IMG/VR virus record: IMGVR_UViG_3300037258_000590
Span: 146,384 to 210,383 of that record
Length of the DNA: 64,000 nt
Reading direction: 5' to 3' (one strand)
Positions 30,144 through 41,104 of this stretch are shown here, in pieces. The notes below the pieces were generated by a model that had not been told where the DNA came from, searched no databases, and saw nothing but the letters and a program-made list of their open reading frames with translations. How positions within the stretch are numbered: position 1 is the stretch's first letter; every line of letters starts with the position of its first letter. The translations under genes and the position numbers were made by a program.

Positions 30144-31484
30144 ATGACGCTCGTTCACGCCAGCCGGCTAGACACCAGCCCGCCGGAATACACGGTAGAA
30201 GCCATGCTCCCGGATATGGGGGTGGGCTTCGGCTACGGCAATTCGTATACGGGCAAGACGATGGTGCTCGGGATCGAGCTGTGCCTGGCCATCGCCAACG
30301 GCGTGCCGTTTTTCGGCCGCGAAAGCGTATACGGGAGCGCCGCGTGGTGCCTCGGCGAGGGGCTGCCGGACGCGGGCGTGCGGATCAAGGCGCGGCTGAT
30401 CCGCGAAGCCCACGACCGGCAGCTCCAGGCGGCGCAGATCGCCAGGAAGGACGGTGACGCCGCGGCACAGGAGTGGCTGGCGGCGTTGCCGACGTACAGC
30501 GATGACCGGATGTTCGTCAAGACAACGGCATTCCAGGTCCCGTTCATCGCGGCTAACGAACCGCCGGAAGACCTGCAGCAGGCGGCCCGCGAACTGGGCC
30601 TGATCGAAGACCTTCGGCTGGTCGTGCTGGACACCGCACGCCGGTTCTCCAGCCTGTCGCTGTCGAACGGCACGACGAGCAACCGGTTCATGCTGGGCAT
30701 GAGCTGGCTGGCCGCGCAGCTGCAGTGCACGGTACTGGCCATCGCGCACCCGGTCAGCAAAGGCCGCGGCGAAGTAGGCCTGCCCGGTGACACCCTGTTC
30801 GGGGCATCGGACTTCGTATGGCGGTTCCAGTCGGCCGACGACAGCACGCCGGACGCGCCGGCCGCCATGATCATCGCGGAGAAGGTCAAGAGCGGGCCGC
30901 TATTCGACCCGATTCCGTATGAACTAGAGCGGATCAAGTGGCGTCAGCCGCCCACCGACCCGGAGACCGGCGAGGACATCCAAGGTGCCGAGCTGCTTGA
31001 GGTCAAGTCCGCTACAGTCCGGCAGCGTGAGAGCCGGCAGGCGCCTGTGAGTGCGATGCTGCTGCCGGGGATGACGCCCCGGAGGACAATGCGGCTGCCG
31101 CAGGCCGAACCGGTACCGCCGTCCAGGCCCCGGCGCCGGACCGGCATTCTCCCGGACACGTCGTTCCGCGCGGTGGTCGCGCCTGCCGAGACCGCGGTCC
31201 CGGACCCGGCCGCGGGCGCACTGGTCGCGGCCCTGATCTCGGGCGCGTGCCCGGAGAGCGCCTGCGCCGCGCTGCCTGGCGCGAGCTGCAACCCGGGCGT
31301 CCGGGGCAGCGGCGTCGTCATGCTGGACCGCGAGCCGCTGATAGCCGCGCACGTCGCGCGGATGGACGAGCGCATCACGGCCGGGACGGCCTCCCTGGAC
31401 GCGGTGCTGGCCCAGTTCCCCGAAGGCACGGCTCCGGCGCTGCTGGCCCAGCGTGCGGACGAGCTGACCGGAGTGCAGGCGTGA
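30144..31484 (+). CDS. AAA_25/RepA-like P-loop ATPase with C-terminal Zn-finger-like motif
   Basis: Walker A GNSYTGKT; Walker B LVVLDT; AIAHP.K; C-terminal CPESACAA.PG.SC..H..R. Confidence 0.7.
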   Translation: MTLVHASRLDTSPPEYTVEAMLPDMGVGFGYGNSYTGKTMVLGIELCLAIANGVPFFGRESVYGSAAWCLGEGLPDAGVRIKARLIREAHDRQLQAAQIARKDGDAAAQEWLAALPTYSDDRMFVKTTAFQVPFIAANEPPEDLQQAARELGLIEDLRLVVLDTARRFSSLSLSNGTTSNRFMLGMSWLAAQLQCTVLAIAHPVSKGRGEVGLPGDTLFGASDFVWRFQSADDSTPDAPAAMIIAEKVKSGPLFDPIPYELERIKWRQPPTDPETGEDIQGAELLEVKSATVRQRESRQAPVSAMLLPGMTPRRTMRLPQAEPVPPSRPRRRTGILPDTSFRAVVAPAETAVPDPAAGALVAALISGACPESACAALPGASCNPGVRGSGVVMLDREPLIAAHVARMDERITAGTASLDAVLAQFPEGTAPALLAQRADELTGVQA

Positions 31485-31935
31485 CCGTGATGGCGGCTGT
31501 CACGCAGCAGCCCGCCGCGCCAGGTTTCTGGCTGGCGCGACGGGACAGCAGAGAGCCGGTCGCTGAGTGGGCGCTCCGGATGGCCGCGGGTTACGCCGCG
31601 GAGAACCCGGCCGCACTGGCCCGCCTGGCGCTGGCCGACGTCATAGACGACCAGGCGCAATCCCCCTGCCGGCCGGAACATCCCGGTCATCACAGCAACA
31701 GCAGTAACGGAGGTACCCGATGACACGCAGCCCAGCCACGCTGGACATCAACCTCGGCAGCAGTAACTGCCGGCTAGAAGCCCTGGACGACGCGGTGGAC
31801 CTGGCCCGTTTCCAGCACGCGCGTACCGTGATTACATCATTCAGCACGGCCATCGCCGCAGTCGTCACTGCCGAGGACCTGGCGCAGCTGCAAGACCTGG
31901 ACGCTCAGGCTGCGGCAGGCGCGGGCCCGGAAACC

Positions 31936-32050
31936 GGGGAATCCGGGCCGGCCGGGATAAATCCGGTCAGCGCGAAGACGGCTGGCGCGGAGCCACCGCC
32001 AGAGCGAACCTGGCTCGCTGAGCAGATCCTGTCCGCGCTGACCGGCCGGA
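31936..32050 (+). repeat. ~115 bp dispersed repeat (copies 40865-40979; partial 39720-39807)
   Basis: GGGGAATCCGGGCCGGCCG...CCGGTCAGCGCGAAGACGGCTGGCGCGGAGCCACCGCC...GAGCAGATCCTGTCCGC. Confidence 0.85.
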
Positions 32051-32444
32051 TCTTCCCCGCGCCCGTAGCTACCCCGGAAAGCTGCCGCACCGTAGACGTC
32101 ATGCGGGCGCACGCGCCTGAACCTGACGCCATCAGCCGGATCGCCTCGCTGTTCAGCGCGCTAGCTGATACCGCGACGCCATTCGGCGTGAGCCTGCGCG
32201 ACGCCATCGGCGACACCAGCCGCGCCTTCTCAGCCGAGGGCATCGAACAGTGGCTGCGTAATGGGTAACTTCACGCCGACCCCGGACGAGCGCCGGTTCC
32301 TGCGCGGGATCACCACGGTAAGCCCGGATCGCAGACCGGGTGCAGCAGGCTAACGGTCTCCGGGCGGCCGGGACATCCCGGCAGCCAGGACCTCTGCCTG
32401 CGCTCCGGCGCGGACAAGAACAACGTCTACCAGGAGGAACTCCG

Positions 32445-32816
32445 ATGACACGAATTCAGATCGGCACGGTACAGGTCATCCGGACCCGGAGTTACTGCCT
32501 AGACCCGTACGCAGGTGACATCCCGGGATTCATCCCGTCCGAGGTCCTGGTAGAGCCAGGTGAGTACCCGCTCTACCAGGACGGCCTGAGCCGGTACTGG
32601 CGGATGACCGGCGTCCTGAACCGCAATATCAACCGGATGGGCGACGGCCTGTTCAGCTTTCCTGCGAACGGCAGTGACATGCGCAGCGACGACGACGTGG
32701 TGTTCTACTCGCGCCGGTACGGGCCCGACGACTGGGCCCTCCTGGTCAGCGGCTTCCAGTCCGAGAAGGATCCTGCGCTGGTGTTCAGCATCATTGAAGC
32801 GGTATCCGGTGCCTGA
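32445..32816 (+). CDS. hypothetical protein
   Basis: AGGAGG SD. Confidence 0.65.
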   Translation: MTRIQIGTVQVIRTRSYCLDPYAGDIPGFIPSEVLVEPGEYPLYQDGLSRYWRMTGVLNRNINRMGDGLFSFPANGSDMRSDDDVVFYSRRYGPDDWALLVSGFQSEKDPALVFSIIEAVSGA

Positions 32817-33212
32817 CCTGAACCTGGACGCACGGGTAACGATAGAGCGGCTGACCAGCCTGGTCTCGGCCATCGCGCTGGGGATCCAGCTCCCGGCAGC
32901 GGAAACAATTCCAGCGCACTCACTGCCGGGCTACCTCCCTGCCGGAACAGGGGCGGTAACCCGCGCACGCGCAGCACTGACGCGTGCGTTCAGCGTGACC
33001 TGGCCGCACCCTGACTGGGGAACGATCATCCCGGCCCTGGCCGAAGCCGAACAGTACCTGCGTGACGCCGGGCTGATGCGCAAGCCGGAGCTTATGCAGT
33101 TCGTGCACCTGGCTGCGCGAGCTGCCAGCCAGCGCCGGGGCGACGACACCCGGGCGTACATCGATAACATCCGCGGCTACCTGCCAGCTGAAGACAACGA
33201 AAAAGAGGGCCC

Positions 33213-35285
33213 ATGAGCAAGGTCTGCTACGAACAGCAGCGGTTCACCGATGCCGCCGGGGACGTCATCACCCAGGCTGAGGCGTTCTGCGCGCAATACG
33301 CAGCCCAGGGCTGGGAGCTAACGCTGCGCCAGCTGTACTACCGGTTCATCGCCACCAACACTTTCCCGGACAGCCGGACCGATCCGGTGTCGGGCACTAA
33401 GAACACCGAGCGGAATTACAAGTGGCTGGGCGACCTGGTATCCAAGGCACGGGTGGGCGGCCTGATCGACTGGCGGCATATCACCGACAGGGGACGGGGG
33501 ACAGCAGGCGGAGACAGCGGCTGGCAAAGCCCGGAGTCGATGCTGCGCAGCGCAGCGCGCGGCTACGGGATCACCCACTGGGACGGCCAGCCAGAGTACA
33601 TCGAGTGCCTGCCACCTGATCAGGTGATCATCACCAGCGAGGGCGTAAAACCAGTCATCAAAGTGGAAGCCGGCGATCTCGTCCTGACCGGCAAAGGCCG
33701 GTTCCGCCCGGTGACCCGGGTCCTGGCACACGAATACGACGGACCGATGATGACGATCCGCGCAACCGGGCTGCTTCCGTTCCAGGTAACCGCCAACCAC
33801 CCGGTCTGGACAGCTCACTACGACACCTCCAAGCCGGGCTGCAAAGGCGCGACCCGGAAATTCAGCGCAGAGGGATTCGACCGGGCCGACAGCTTGCGCC
33901 CGTTTGACCTGCTAGCCGTCCCGGCACTATCCGAAACCCGCGCAGTCGGACCGGTCACCATGCGGACCAGCGGTAGCCGGGCACGGGTACTCACCATGCC
34001 GTGGAACACCAGCTTGCAAGCACTCATCGGCCTGTACCTGGCCGAAGGCTGCATCCGCAAGGACGGCCGCACCGTCCAGTTCACCATCGGCATGCACGAG
34101 CCTGAGCACTGGACCGCACTGACAAGCTGGGCCGAGTCCGCCGGTGTCAGCACAAGCACTGCGGTGGACGGCGGCGCGCGACAGGTCTACCTGTATTCAG
34201 CCAGCCTGGCTGAATGGCTGCGCGAGCAATTCGACTGCGGCGCGCGGAACAAGCGCATCCCGCGCTGGCTGCTGGAAGCCCCCAGCGAGGAGCAGATGGA
34301 GGTCCTGCGCTGGTACTACCGGGGCGACGGGACCGTGGACTACAGCACCAGCAACAGCCTGGTCGCCACCACCCGCAGCCTGCACCTAGCCCACCAGGTC
34401 GCGCTGATCCTGATCCGCAACGGCTACCTGCCCCGCGTGCAGAGCACCCAAGACCACGGCGATCCCCGGTACAGCATGGCGGTAAGCGGCCAGTCCGGTG
34501 CGGACCTGATGCGGCGCTGGGGTCACGAACCCCGCTCGCGAACCTACTCGTACAACCACATGCGAGCCGGAGACGGCCACATGGCCGCGCCCGTCCGGTC
34601 AGTCACGACCGAGCATTACTCCGGGCTGGTCTACAACCTGGAAGTAGCGGACGACCACACTTACTGTGTGTCAGCGACCGTACACAATTGTTGGGTGGAG
34701 AAGGACGCACTATCCCAGATTATCGACCGGGCAGCCACGCGGTGGGACGTCACCTCATTCGCGTGCAAGGGCTCGCCGTCTACTTCAGCGATGCACGACG
34801 CGGCCTTGCGCCTGCGCGAGCAGGAACGTAACGGCAAGAAAACCACGGTCATCTACCTGGGTGACCATGACCCGACCGGGATCGACATCAGCCGTGACGT
34901 ACAGGCCCGGCTAACCCTGTTCCGTTCGAGTGCGTACGTGGACCGGATCGCGCTGAACATGGATCAGGTACTGGAGCTGAACCCGCCGCCGAGCCCGGTC
35001 AAGGTCACCGACAGCCGGACTAACGGCTATGTCGAGACTTTCGGCACAGAGGAGTGCTGGGAGCTGGACGCGATCGAGCCGGCTGACCTGGACACCCTGA
35101 TCGAAACAGCCATCTTGTCCCACCTGGACCTGGACCTGCGCCAGGCCCGGCTGGACCGCGAGGAGCAGGAGCGGGCCATCCTGACCGCCATTTACGAGAA
35201 CTTCAGCCTTGTCCGCGGGTACCTGCGCGATGAAGGCCTGGCAGGCGATGAAGACGGCAACTACGACGATGACGAGGACAGCTGA
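33213..35285 (+). CDS. TopoVI-A/Spo11-like wHTH+TOPRIM protein interrupted by an intein
   Basis: LTLRQLYYR; W..I.DR.R; extein YIE|CWVEKDAL; YLGDHDP.G; WELDA. Confidence 0.8.
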   Translation: MSKVCYEQQRFTDAAGDVITQAEAFCAQYAAQGWELTLRQLYYRFIATNTFPDSRTDPVSGTKNTERNYKWLGDLVSKARVGGLIDWRHITDRGRGTAGGDSGWQSPESMLRSAARGYGITHWDGQPEYIECLPPDQVIITSEGVKPVIKVEAGDLVLTGKGRFRPVTRVLAHEYDGPMMTIRATGLLPFQVTANHPVWTAHYDTSKPGCKGATRKFSAEGFDRADSLRPFDLLAVPALSETRAVGPVTMRTSGSRARVLTMPWNTSLQALIGLYLAEGCIRKDGRTVQFTIGMHEPEHWTALTSWAESAGVSTSTAVDGGARQVYLYSASLAEWLREQFDCGARNKRIPRWLLEAPSEEQMEVLRWYYRGDGTVDYSTSNSLVATTRSLHLAHQVALILIRNGYLPRVQSTQDHGDPRYSMAVSGQSGADLMRRWGHEPRSRTYSYNHMRAGDGHMAAPVRSVTTEHYSGLVYNLEVADDHTYCVSATVHNCWVEKDALSQIIDRAATRWDVTSFACKGSPSTSAMHDAALRLREQERNGKKTTVIYLGDHDPTGIDISRDVQARLTLFRSSAYVDRIALNMDQVLELNPPPSPVKVTDSRTNGYVETFGTEECWELDAIEPADLDTLIETAILSHLDLDLRQARLDREEQERAILTAIYENFSLVRGYLRDEGLAGDEDGNYDDDEDS
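33606..34688 (+). mobile_element. intein with LAGLIDADG homing endonuclease (361 aa)
   Basis: starts CLPPDQ; block B VTANHP; LIGLYLAEG and LRWYYRGDG; ends VYNLEVADDHTY...VHN followed by Cys. Confidence 0.92.
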
Positions 35286-35287
35286 CC

Positions 35288-35797
35288 ATGACCATCCGTG
35301 AGCACATCACGCACGCCGAGACCGACCTGACCAGGCAGCGCCAGTTCAGCGTCGGTTCACAGGCATACCAGGCTGTGACCCTATCGGCGATCGCGCACGT
35401 CCTGACCGCGATTTCCCTGCAGCTGGCGGAAGCCGAGCGCCCGGCTATCCCGGGCCTGCCGCCAGGCTACAGACTGGACACCGGCCAGGACCCGGCGGGC
35501 GAGCATCGGTGGGCGTACACGGTGACCACGCCGGACGGACGGACCATGACCACGCGGCATCTGTGGACGGCGTACGCGGGCGCCCTGGGTGCTGGCCTGG
35601 ATGTGGCCCGGGAACACGCTGCGGGCATGGCACGAGAGCACGCCGCAGCAAAGGCCGCCGCGGCGTCCGCGAACAGCTGCGAGCACGGACCAGGAGCCTG
35701 TCCGCAGGGCTGCGGCTGCCGGTGCGCTACCTGCATGCGCCAGATGAAACTGAGCCCGGCGTACCCGGGCGGCGCAACGGACGCGCGGTCATCATGA
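35288..35797 (+). CDS. hypothetical protein
   Basis: ORF in array. Confidence 0.55.
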   Translation: MTIREHITHAETDLTRQRQFSVGSQAYQAVTLSAIAHVLTAISLQLAEAERPAIPGLPPGYRLDTGQDPAGEHRWAYTVTTPDGRTMTTRHLWTAYAGALGAGLDVAREHAAGMAREHAAAKAAAASANSCEHGPGACPQGCGCRCATCMRQMKLSPAYPGGATDARSS

Positions 35798-36144
35798 CGG
35801 CCAGCCACGACATGCCGCTATCCAGCGAGCAGTGGCCCGCGGGGCACCGGAGCCACACGGGCACCTGGCACACCGGCCAGACTGGCAGGGGCCAGATTTT
35901 CTGCAGCACCCGGGAAAGTGCGCTGGGCCGGGCGGTGCAGCTGGCTTCGATCGGCGGGCCGCTGCGGCTCAAGCACGAGATCATCAGTTACGAGGAGGTG
36001 CTGGCTCATGTGCAGCGCCCTTGAAAGCGAACTCGCAGTCTGCATAGTCCTCCTGTTCGCCATCTACATAGCCATCCTCTACAAAAAGCCCTGAAAAGGC
36101 AGACCTGACATAAAAAGCAATACAAAAAGAAAGGCAGGCCTGCC

Positions 36145-36822
36145 GTGAAAAGCACAGAAAATCCTGTTACCGGCGAAGACGGATCCGAGCACCACCCGGC
36201 CTTCGGGATGGCTCGCGTCGGCCGGATCATGTCTACCCCGGGACAGGTGCTGTTCCAGTCGGATATCCGGCACGGCGAATACATAGAAATAACCGTGAGC
36301 GAGGCATCGCGCCGCCGCGATCTCAAACACGATTGGGTACATCCTGAGCAGGTACTCATCAAGTTCTGCCTGTCGATAGCACAATTCGCCTCGTTCATCG
36401 CCAGCAGCAGTACCGAAGGTGTTCCTGTCACGATCGGTTACGATCACGGCGACCGCCCGGGACTGCCTGCCGGATCCCGGCTTGCCCTGACCAGCACGGA
36501 AGTACACGCAGCAGCTCATGAGGCGTTCCGGCACATCCAGGAAGCTGAAGCAGCCTACGAGGAAGCGCTGACAGGAAAAGCACCGGCAGCAGAACGCAAA
36601 CGCCTCCTGGCAAACCTGCGCGCTGCGATCAGGGGTGCGGTGCCTAACGTGGATTACGCGGCTGACCAGCTGACCAGGCACGCAGAAGAAGTCGTGGAGA
36701 AATCCCGCGCGGACATCGAGGCAATGGCTGCTGCCGCCAGGAACCGGCCGCAGCTGCCCGCGCAGGAGACACCGCAGCTGCTGCACGCAGAAGCATCCCC
36801 GGCAGAATGCCAGCCGCGATGA
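36145..36822 (+). CDS. hypothetical phage protein (HPAFG..LFQSD..EGVPVTI)
   Basis: ORF after A-rich intergenic gap. Confidence 0.7.
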   Translation: MKSTENPVTGEDGSEHHPAFGMARVGRIMSTPGQVLFQSDIRHGEYIEITVSEASRRRDLKHDWVHPEQVLIKFCLSIAQFASFIASSSTEGVPVTIGYDHGDRPGLPAGSRLALTSTEVHAAAHEAFRHIQEAEAAYEEALTGKAPAAERKRLLANLRAAIRGAVPNVDYAADQLTRHAEEVVEKSRADIEAMAAAARNRPQLPAQETPQLLHAEASPAECQPR

Positions 36823-37715
36823 ACAGACGCGAGCAAGGCAAAGTAATGCCGCTGGAACAACGATGCCTGTACCCCGGACGATGGATAATCGAAGGTTACG
36901 GTGTATACCAGCGCAAAGGCCGCAGAGCAGTGAACTGGCAATCCGAATGGCACGTCATCGGACACCCAGGCGTGATCCGGCGAACCCTGCCAGAAATCAG
37001 GGACTGGATCCGGGAGCAGGCGCAATGACCAGGCAGCTAGGCAGTTATTACACGGTCACCCCTGGCCAGGGCGAGCCGGAGTTCTTCGATCGCGCGAACG
37101 GCCTGAAGGGCCTGGGGCTGGCCATGGGCCGCGCCGCGCACCTGTCGATGGCCGGGATCGCACAGCAGGTGACGGTGACCGCGAACGGTACCGCCAAAGT
37201 AATTTTCGAGTACCGGGAAGGCAGGGAAACATTGCGCTCGTGCACGGGATTTGTCCCGGCCGGGAAAACGATACCAGCTCCGCCGGTAACGGCTGAAACC
37301 GTGATCACAGACCTGGCGGCCCGTCGCCGGTCCCGGCCGCGCAGGCGCCCGGCCAAGGCAACGTGGCCCGGCCTGGACCTGGCCGACCCGCCATGCAACC
37401 GCACAGGCTGATCATGCGCACCAGCGAGAGGCTGCTAGCCCGGCTGCAGGAAGCTGGCGCGGACTTGCCGCCGTGCACCGAACTGCGGCGCACGTACCGG
37501 AACCGGCAGACCGGGATCGGTGCCTGGTCGTGGTTCGCGTACTGCCCGCTGTCCCTGGCTGACCCGGAGCACGGACGGCACGTGGACTTGCACGTGGGCT
37601 CGCACTGGCCGATGGCCGCCCTGCTGGCCAGCGAAGGATTCACCTTCCAGGAACTGGACTGCGGCGGCATCTGCGTAGACCCTGCACTGACAGCGAACGA
37701 CAGGAGAACAACCCC

Positions 37716-38120
37716 GTGACCACCGCACCGCAGCCCAGCTGGATACCGGAGATTGCCGCGTCCGAACCGTACCGCGTACCGGTAATGGCCTGTGACATGC
37801 TCGCGTGGCGCCTGCGCCAGATCGGGGTCAGCGCTGCCCTGATCAGCCAGGTAGCCGCGCTGAGCCAGGCGATCCGCACTGAGCTGGGCAACTCCGGCTC
37901 AGTGCCCGCAGAACTTCCCCGGTACGCCATCGGCACGATGATCGAGCACCGCCTGGTGCCCGCGTTCGCGATACGCGTGGAAGCGGTTCGCGAGTGCGAG
38001 ATCAGCCCGAGCCGCCCCGGACCGCACCTGGCCTACCGGGTCACTGACCTGGCGGGAAACCCGAACTGGCTATGCGCGTACGACGTGCAGCTGCCGGGCC
38101 AGAACCTGCCCTGGGCGTGA
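37716..38120 (+). CDS. hypothetical protein
   Basis: GACAGGAG SD + GTG. Confidence 0.55.
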   Translation: MTTAPQPSWIPEIAASEPYRVPVMACDMLAWRLRQIGVSAALISQVAALSQAIRTELGNSGSVPAELPRYAIGTMIEHRLVPAFAIRVEAVRECEISPSRPGPHLAYRVTDLAGNPNWLCAYDVQLPGQNLPWA

Positions 38121-38378
38121 TCTCATGACCGAACCGTTCCCGTCCGCCGTAGTCGCTGAGCTGAACCAGCGGCTAGCCGGGTGGAACGAAAGCCTGGACC
38201 GGTGGATAACCGTATTCCGGGAACAGGCGGCTAAAACCGGCGAGCAGCAGGCCCGTGCCAACGCCGGGCTTACGTTGTCCTATTTCGACGCCGATACGAA
38301 AGACTCGCTGCTGCTAACCGCCCTCATCCGGCTAGCCGAGATGGAGCGCGGCGGAACGCGGCAAGAAAACCGGGAAAC

Positions 38379-38801
38379 GTGACCTACGACGACGCGTGGC
38401 GCCCGGCCGTGCCGGACTGGAACCCGCCCGGCCCGGGTACCTACGTGTATTACCTGGAGGTCCGTTACCCACCTGGCTCATTCGAGCCGGGCTGGCGGCC
38501 AGACTTCTGGTCTGACCCGGCGTTCCTGGCCAGCTTGTCCCGCAAAGGACGCAAAGCGCTGGCGAAGCAGACGTTCAGGTGGCCGCGGGAGCACCTGTAC
38601 CTGTCGGCTTCTGGCGCGGCCAAGCGGGCCGGGACGCTGCGCTGGTTCGGCGCCGAGGTGGCGGTGCGCCGGTCAGTGCCGGTCAGGTGGCCGGTACCTG
38701 GCCCGGAGACCTGGATCATCGACCTGAAAGTGCCCGGCACGGAATGGCCCGGGAACCCTTACCCGGAAGAATTCGACGCGTCCGGGTTGCCGAAGACCTG
38801 A
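38379..38801 (+). CDS. hypothetical protein
   Basis: GTGA overlap. Confidence 0.6.
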   Translation: MTYDDAWRPAVPDWNPPGPGTYVYYLEVRYPPGSFEPGWRPDFWSDPAFLASLSRKGRKALAKQTFRWPREHLYLSASGAAKRAGTLRWFGAEVAVRRSVPVRWPVPGPETWIIDLKVPGTEWPGNPYPEEFDASGLPKT

Positions 38802-38819
38802 CGACAGGAAGAAACGACC

Positions 38820-39581
38820 ATGCCGGAGACGGAAGTTATCCTCGATATCTGCATGCCGGAAGGGAAGACCTGGCTGGCGCGCATTACCGGGCCAGACGAG
38901 CGCTGGGGTGTAGTGCGTGCATTCATCAACCCGGTCAGTACAAGCACGTCGAAATCAGGCCGGACCGGCCAGGCCACCTACCTGATCGGTCCCGGCATCT
39001 ACGAGCGGCACGAAGGCCGCCGGAACCTGGCCGGGTTCAACGGGTTCTTCCAGGTAACCGGTGCCGGCCAGGTCGTGCCACTGAACTCAGCGGCGGAAAG
39101 CCTGAACGTCCTGGCAGCGCCAGCAGCCTGGCCAGCGAGCGATCCTGCGTTCAGGGGGGAATCCGGCCTGGACGGCCATCACGCTATCACGCCGGACGGC
39201 GCATTCACCGAGCCGGCTGCGGCAACGGAAGATCAGCTGCTAGCCGAGATAGCCAGCCTGGAGGACCAGCTGGACCGGGCGCATGCAGCACTCCAGGCCG
39301 AGCGCTTCAAAGACGTCCCGCGGTATAGCAAGGGCGACATCATACTGGTACCGCGCAAGCTGTTCGGCAAAATAACGCCGTGGGCAGCCCAGATCGCTAC
39401 CGTGCACCTGGACTATAGCGCAGGTGCGGTACGCGGCGGAAAACGCTGGGAGACCCGCCTCGTCTCCTACAGTGTCTTTCTCCGGCGGCCAGACGGCACA
39501 TTCGGCGGCGCCAGCGAAGGCTACCGGCACGACGAGGTGCGCCTGGCACCACAGGAACCCGCTGAGGAGCACCATGATTAG
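38820..39581 (+). CDS. hypothetical protein
   Basis: GACAGGAAG SD. Confidence 0.65.
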   Translation: MPETEVILDICMPEGKTWLARITGPDERWGVVRAFINPVSTSTSKSGRTGQATYLIGPGIYERHEGRRNLAGFNGFFQVTGAGQVVPLNSAAESLNVLAAPAAWPASDPAFRGESGLDGHHAITPDGAFTEPAAATEDQLLAEIASLEDQLDRAHAALQAERFKDVPRYSKGDIILVPRKLFGKITPWAAQIATVHLDYSAGAVRGGKRWETRLVSYSVFLRRPDGTFGGASEGYRHDEVRLAPQEPAEEHHD

Positions 39582-40119
39582 CCCGGATCAGCGCGCTGGT
39601 GAACTAGCCCGGCAGTACGAGGAAGGCGGCATCACCGCCAGGGCGGCCCGCGGCGGCGGCATCATCTACGCCAGGGACACCGAAACTGAGGCCGTACTGC
39701 GGCAGCTATCCAGGAATCGCGCACCCAGGGGGGAATCCGGGCCGGCCGCGATAGATCCGGTCAGCGCGAAGATGGCTGGCGCAGAGCCACCGCCGAAGCG
39801 AACCTGGGTCATTGACCTGAAGGTGCCCGGCGCGGAATGACCTGGCAACCCGTATCCGGAAGAATTCGACGCCTCCGGGATACCGAGAACCTGACGACAG
39901 GAGAAACGCTCATGCCACCCGCGGAAAACGAAAAAAGAAAGAACGCGCTGCCTGCCATTCAGCTGATTGTGTACATCAACGACGCCCTGGCCGCGATAGC
40001 TGCTCAGCTAGAGGCAGCAGGCGTAAGCTCCGCAACCGTAAGAAAACTGCGGAACGCGGGCTTCACCTGAGCAGCGGCGTATAACAGGACGACAACGTAC
40101 ACGAGGAACAGGAGACACA

Positions 40120-40509
40120 GTGGAAGACATCACATGCCTGGGCGGCGCGCCCCGGTACATCAACATGGACGCCGGGCCAGCCGAAGATATCACCCGCGAC
40201 ATCGCCGGGGCCATCGGCGCGGCCCGCGACGGCAGCCGTACCCTGATCCGCTGGGAGGGAAAGACGCTCGCCGTGATCAGCCCGGTGGCGGGCAGCCCCG
40301 GCGCGGAGACCGTCACCGTCACGGTCAGGTTCGCCGACCGGGCCGAGGCCATCCCGCTGGCCGTGAGCCGGGCCCGCGAGCTGTACGGCGACGACGCTCC
40401 CCTTACCGTGGTCAGTGTCGGGAAGATCTGGTCCGGGAACGGGCCGTCCAGGTTCCTGGCCGACGTCACCCTGCGCTGCGATGAGCTGCCCGCGGAGCTG
40501 GCCCCGTGA
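40120..40509 (+). CDS. hypothetical protein
   Basis: AACAGGAG SD + GTG. Confidence 0.6.
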   Translation: MEDITCLGGAPRYINMDAGPAEDITRDIAGAIGAARDGSRTLIRWEGKTLAVISPVAGSPGAETVTVTVRFADRAEAIPLAVSRARELYGDDAPLTVVSVGKIWSGNGPSRFLADVTLRCDELPAELAP

Positions 40510-41104
40510 GGCCGCGGGTCCCCGCGCGGCGCGCCGGGAGCATCGTCACCCCGCACGAGGTCAAGGTGCGCCGGTACCTGGAAGGCCAGGGGTACAGTGC
40601 CGACGAGGCACACATGGCCGTCGCGCGGGCCATCACCAGCGAGACCGGCAGCTACCCGCTGCGCGACCACTACGTCTACTTCAACGGCATCCAGTACGCG
40701 TCCGGCCCGGCGGCGGTGCTGACGGCCGCTGACATCGCCGCTGCCGAGGCCCGCAGCCTGGACGCCGCGGTCAGCCGTGCGGTCAGCGGCCGGTACCCGA
40801 CCGCCAGTTCCTCCTACAGGAAGCTGGGCGAGGAGTTCGGCGAGCTGGGAACTCCGCACCCAGGGGGGAATCCGGGCCGGCCGCGATAAGTCCGGTCAGC
40901 GCGAAGACGGCTGGCGCGGAGCCACCGCCGGAGCGAACCTGGCTCGCTGAGCAGATCCTGTCCGCACTGGCCGGCCGGAACCGTACGCGGGCCTGCTGCT
41001 GGCAGAAATGGCCGCTAGGCACCTGGTATACGCGCGTCCTGAGCGAAACCGCATTACCTGGTTCCTGGCAGGCACGGCAGTGCCCGCGAGAAGGAGAAGC
41101 GATA

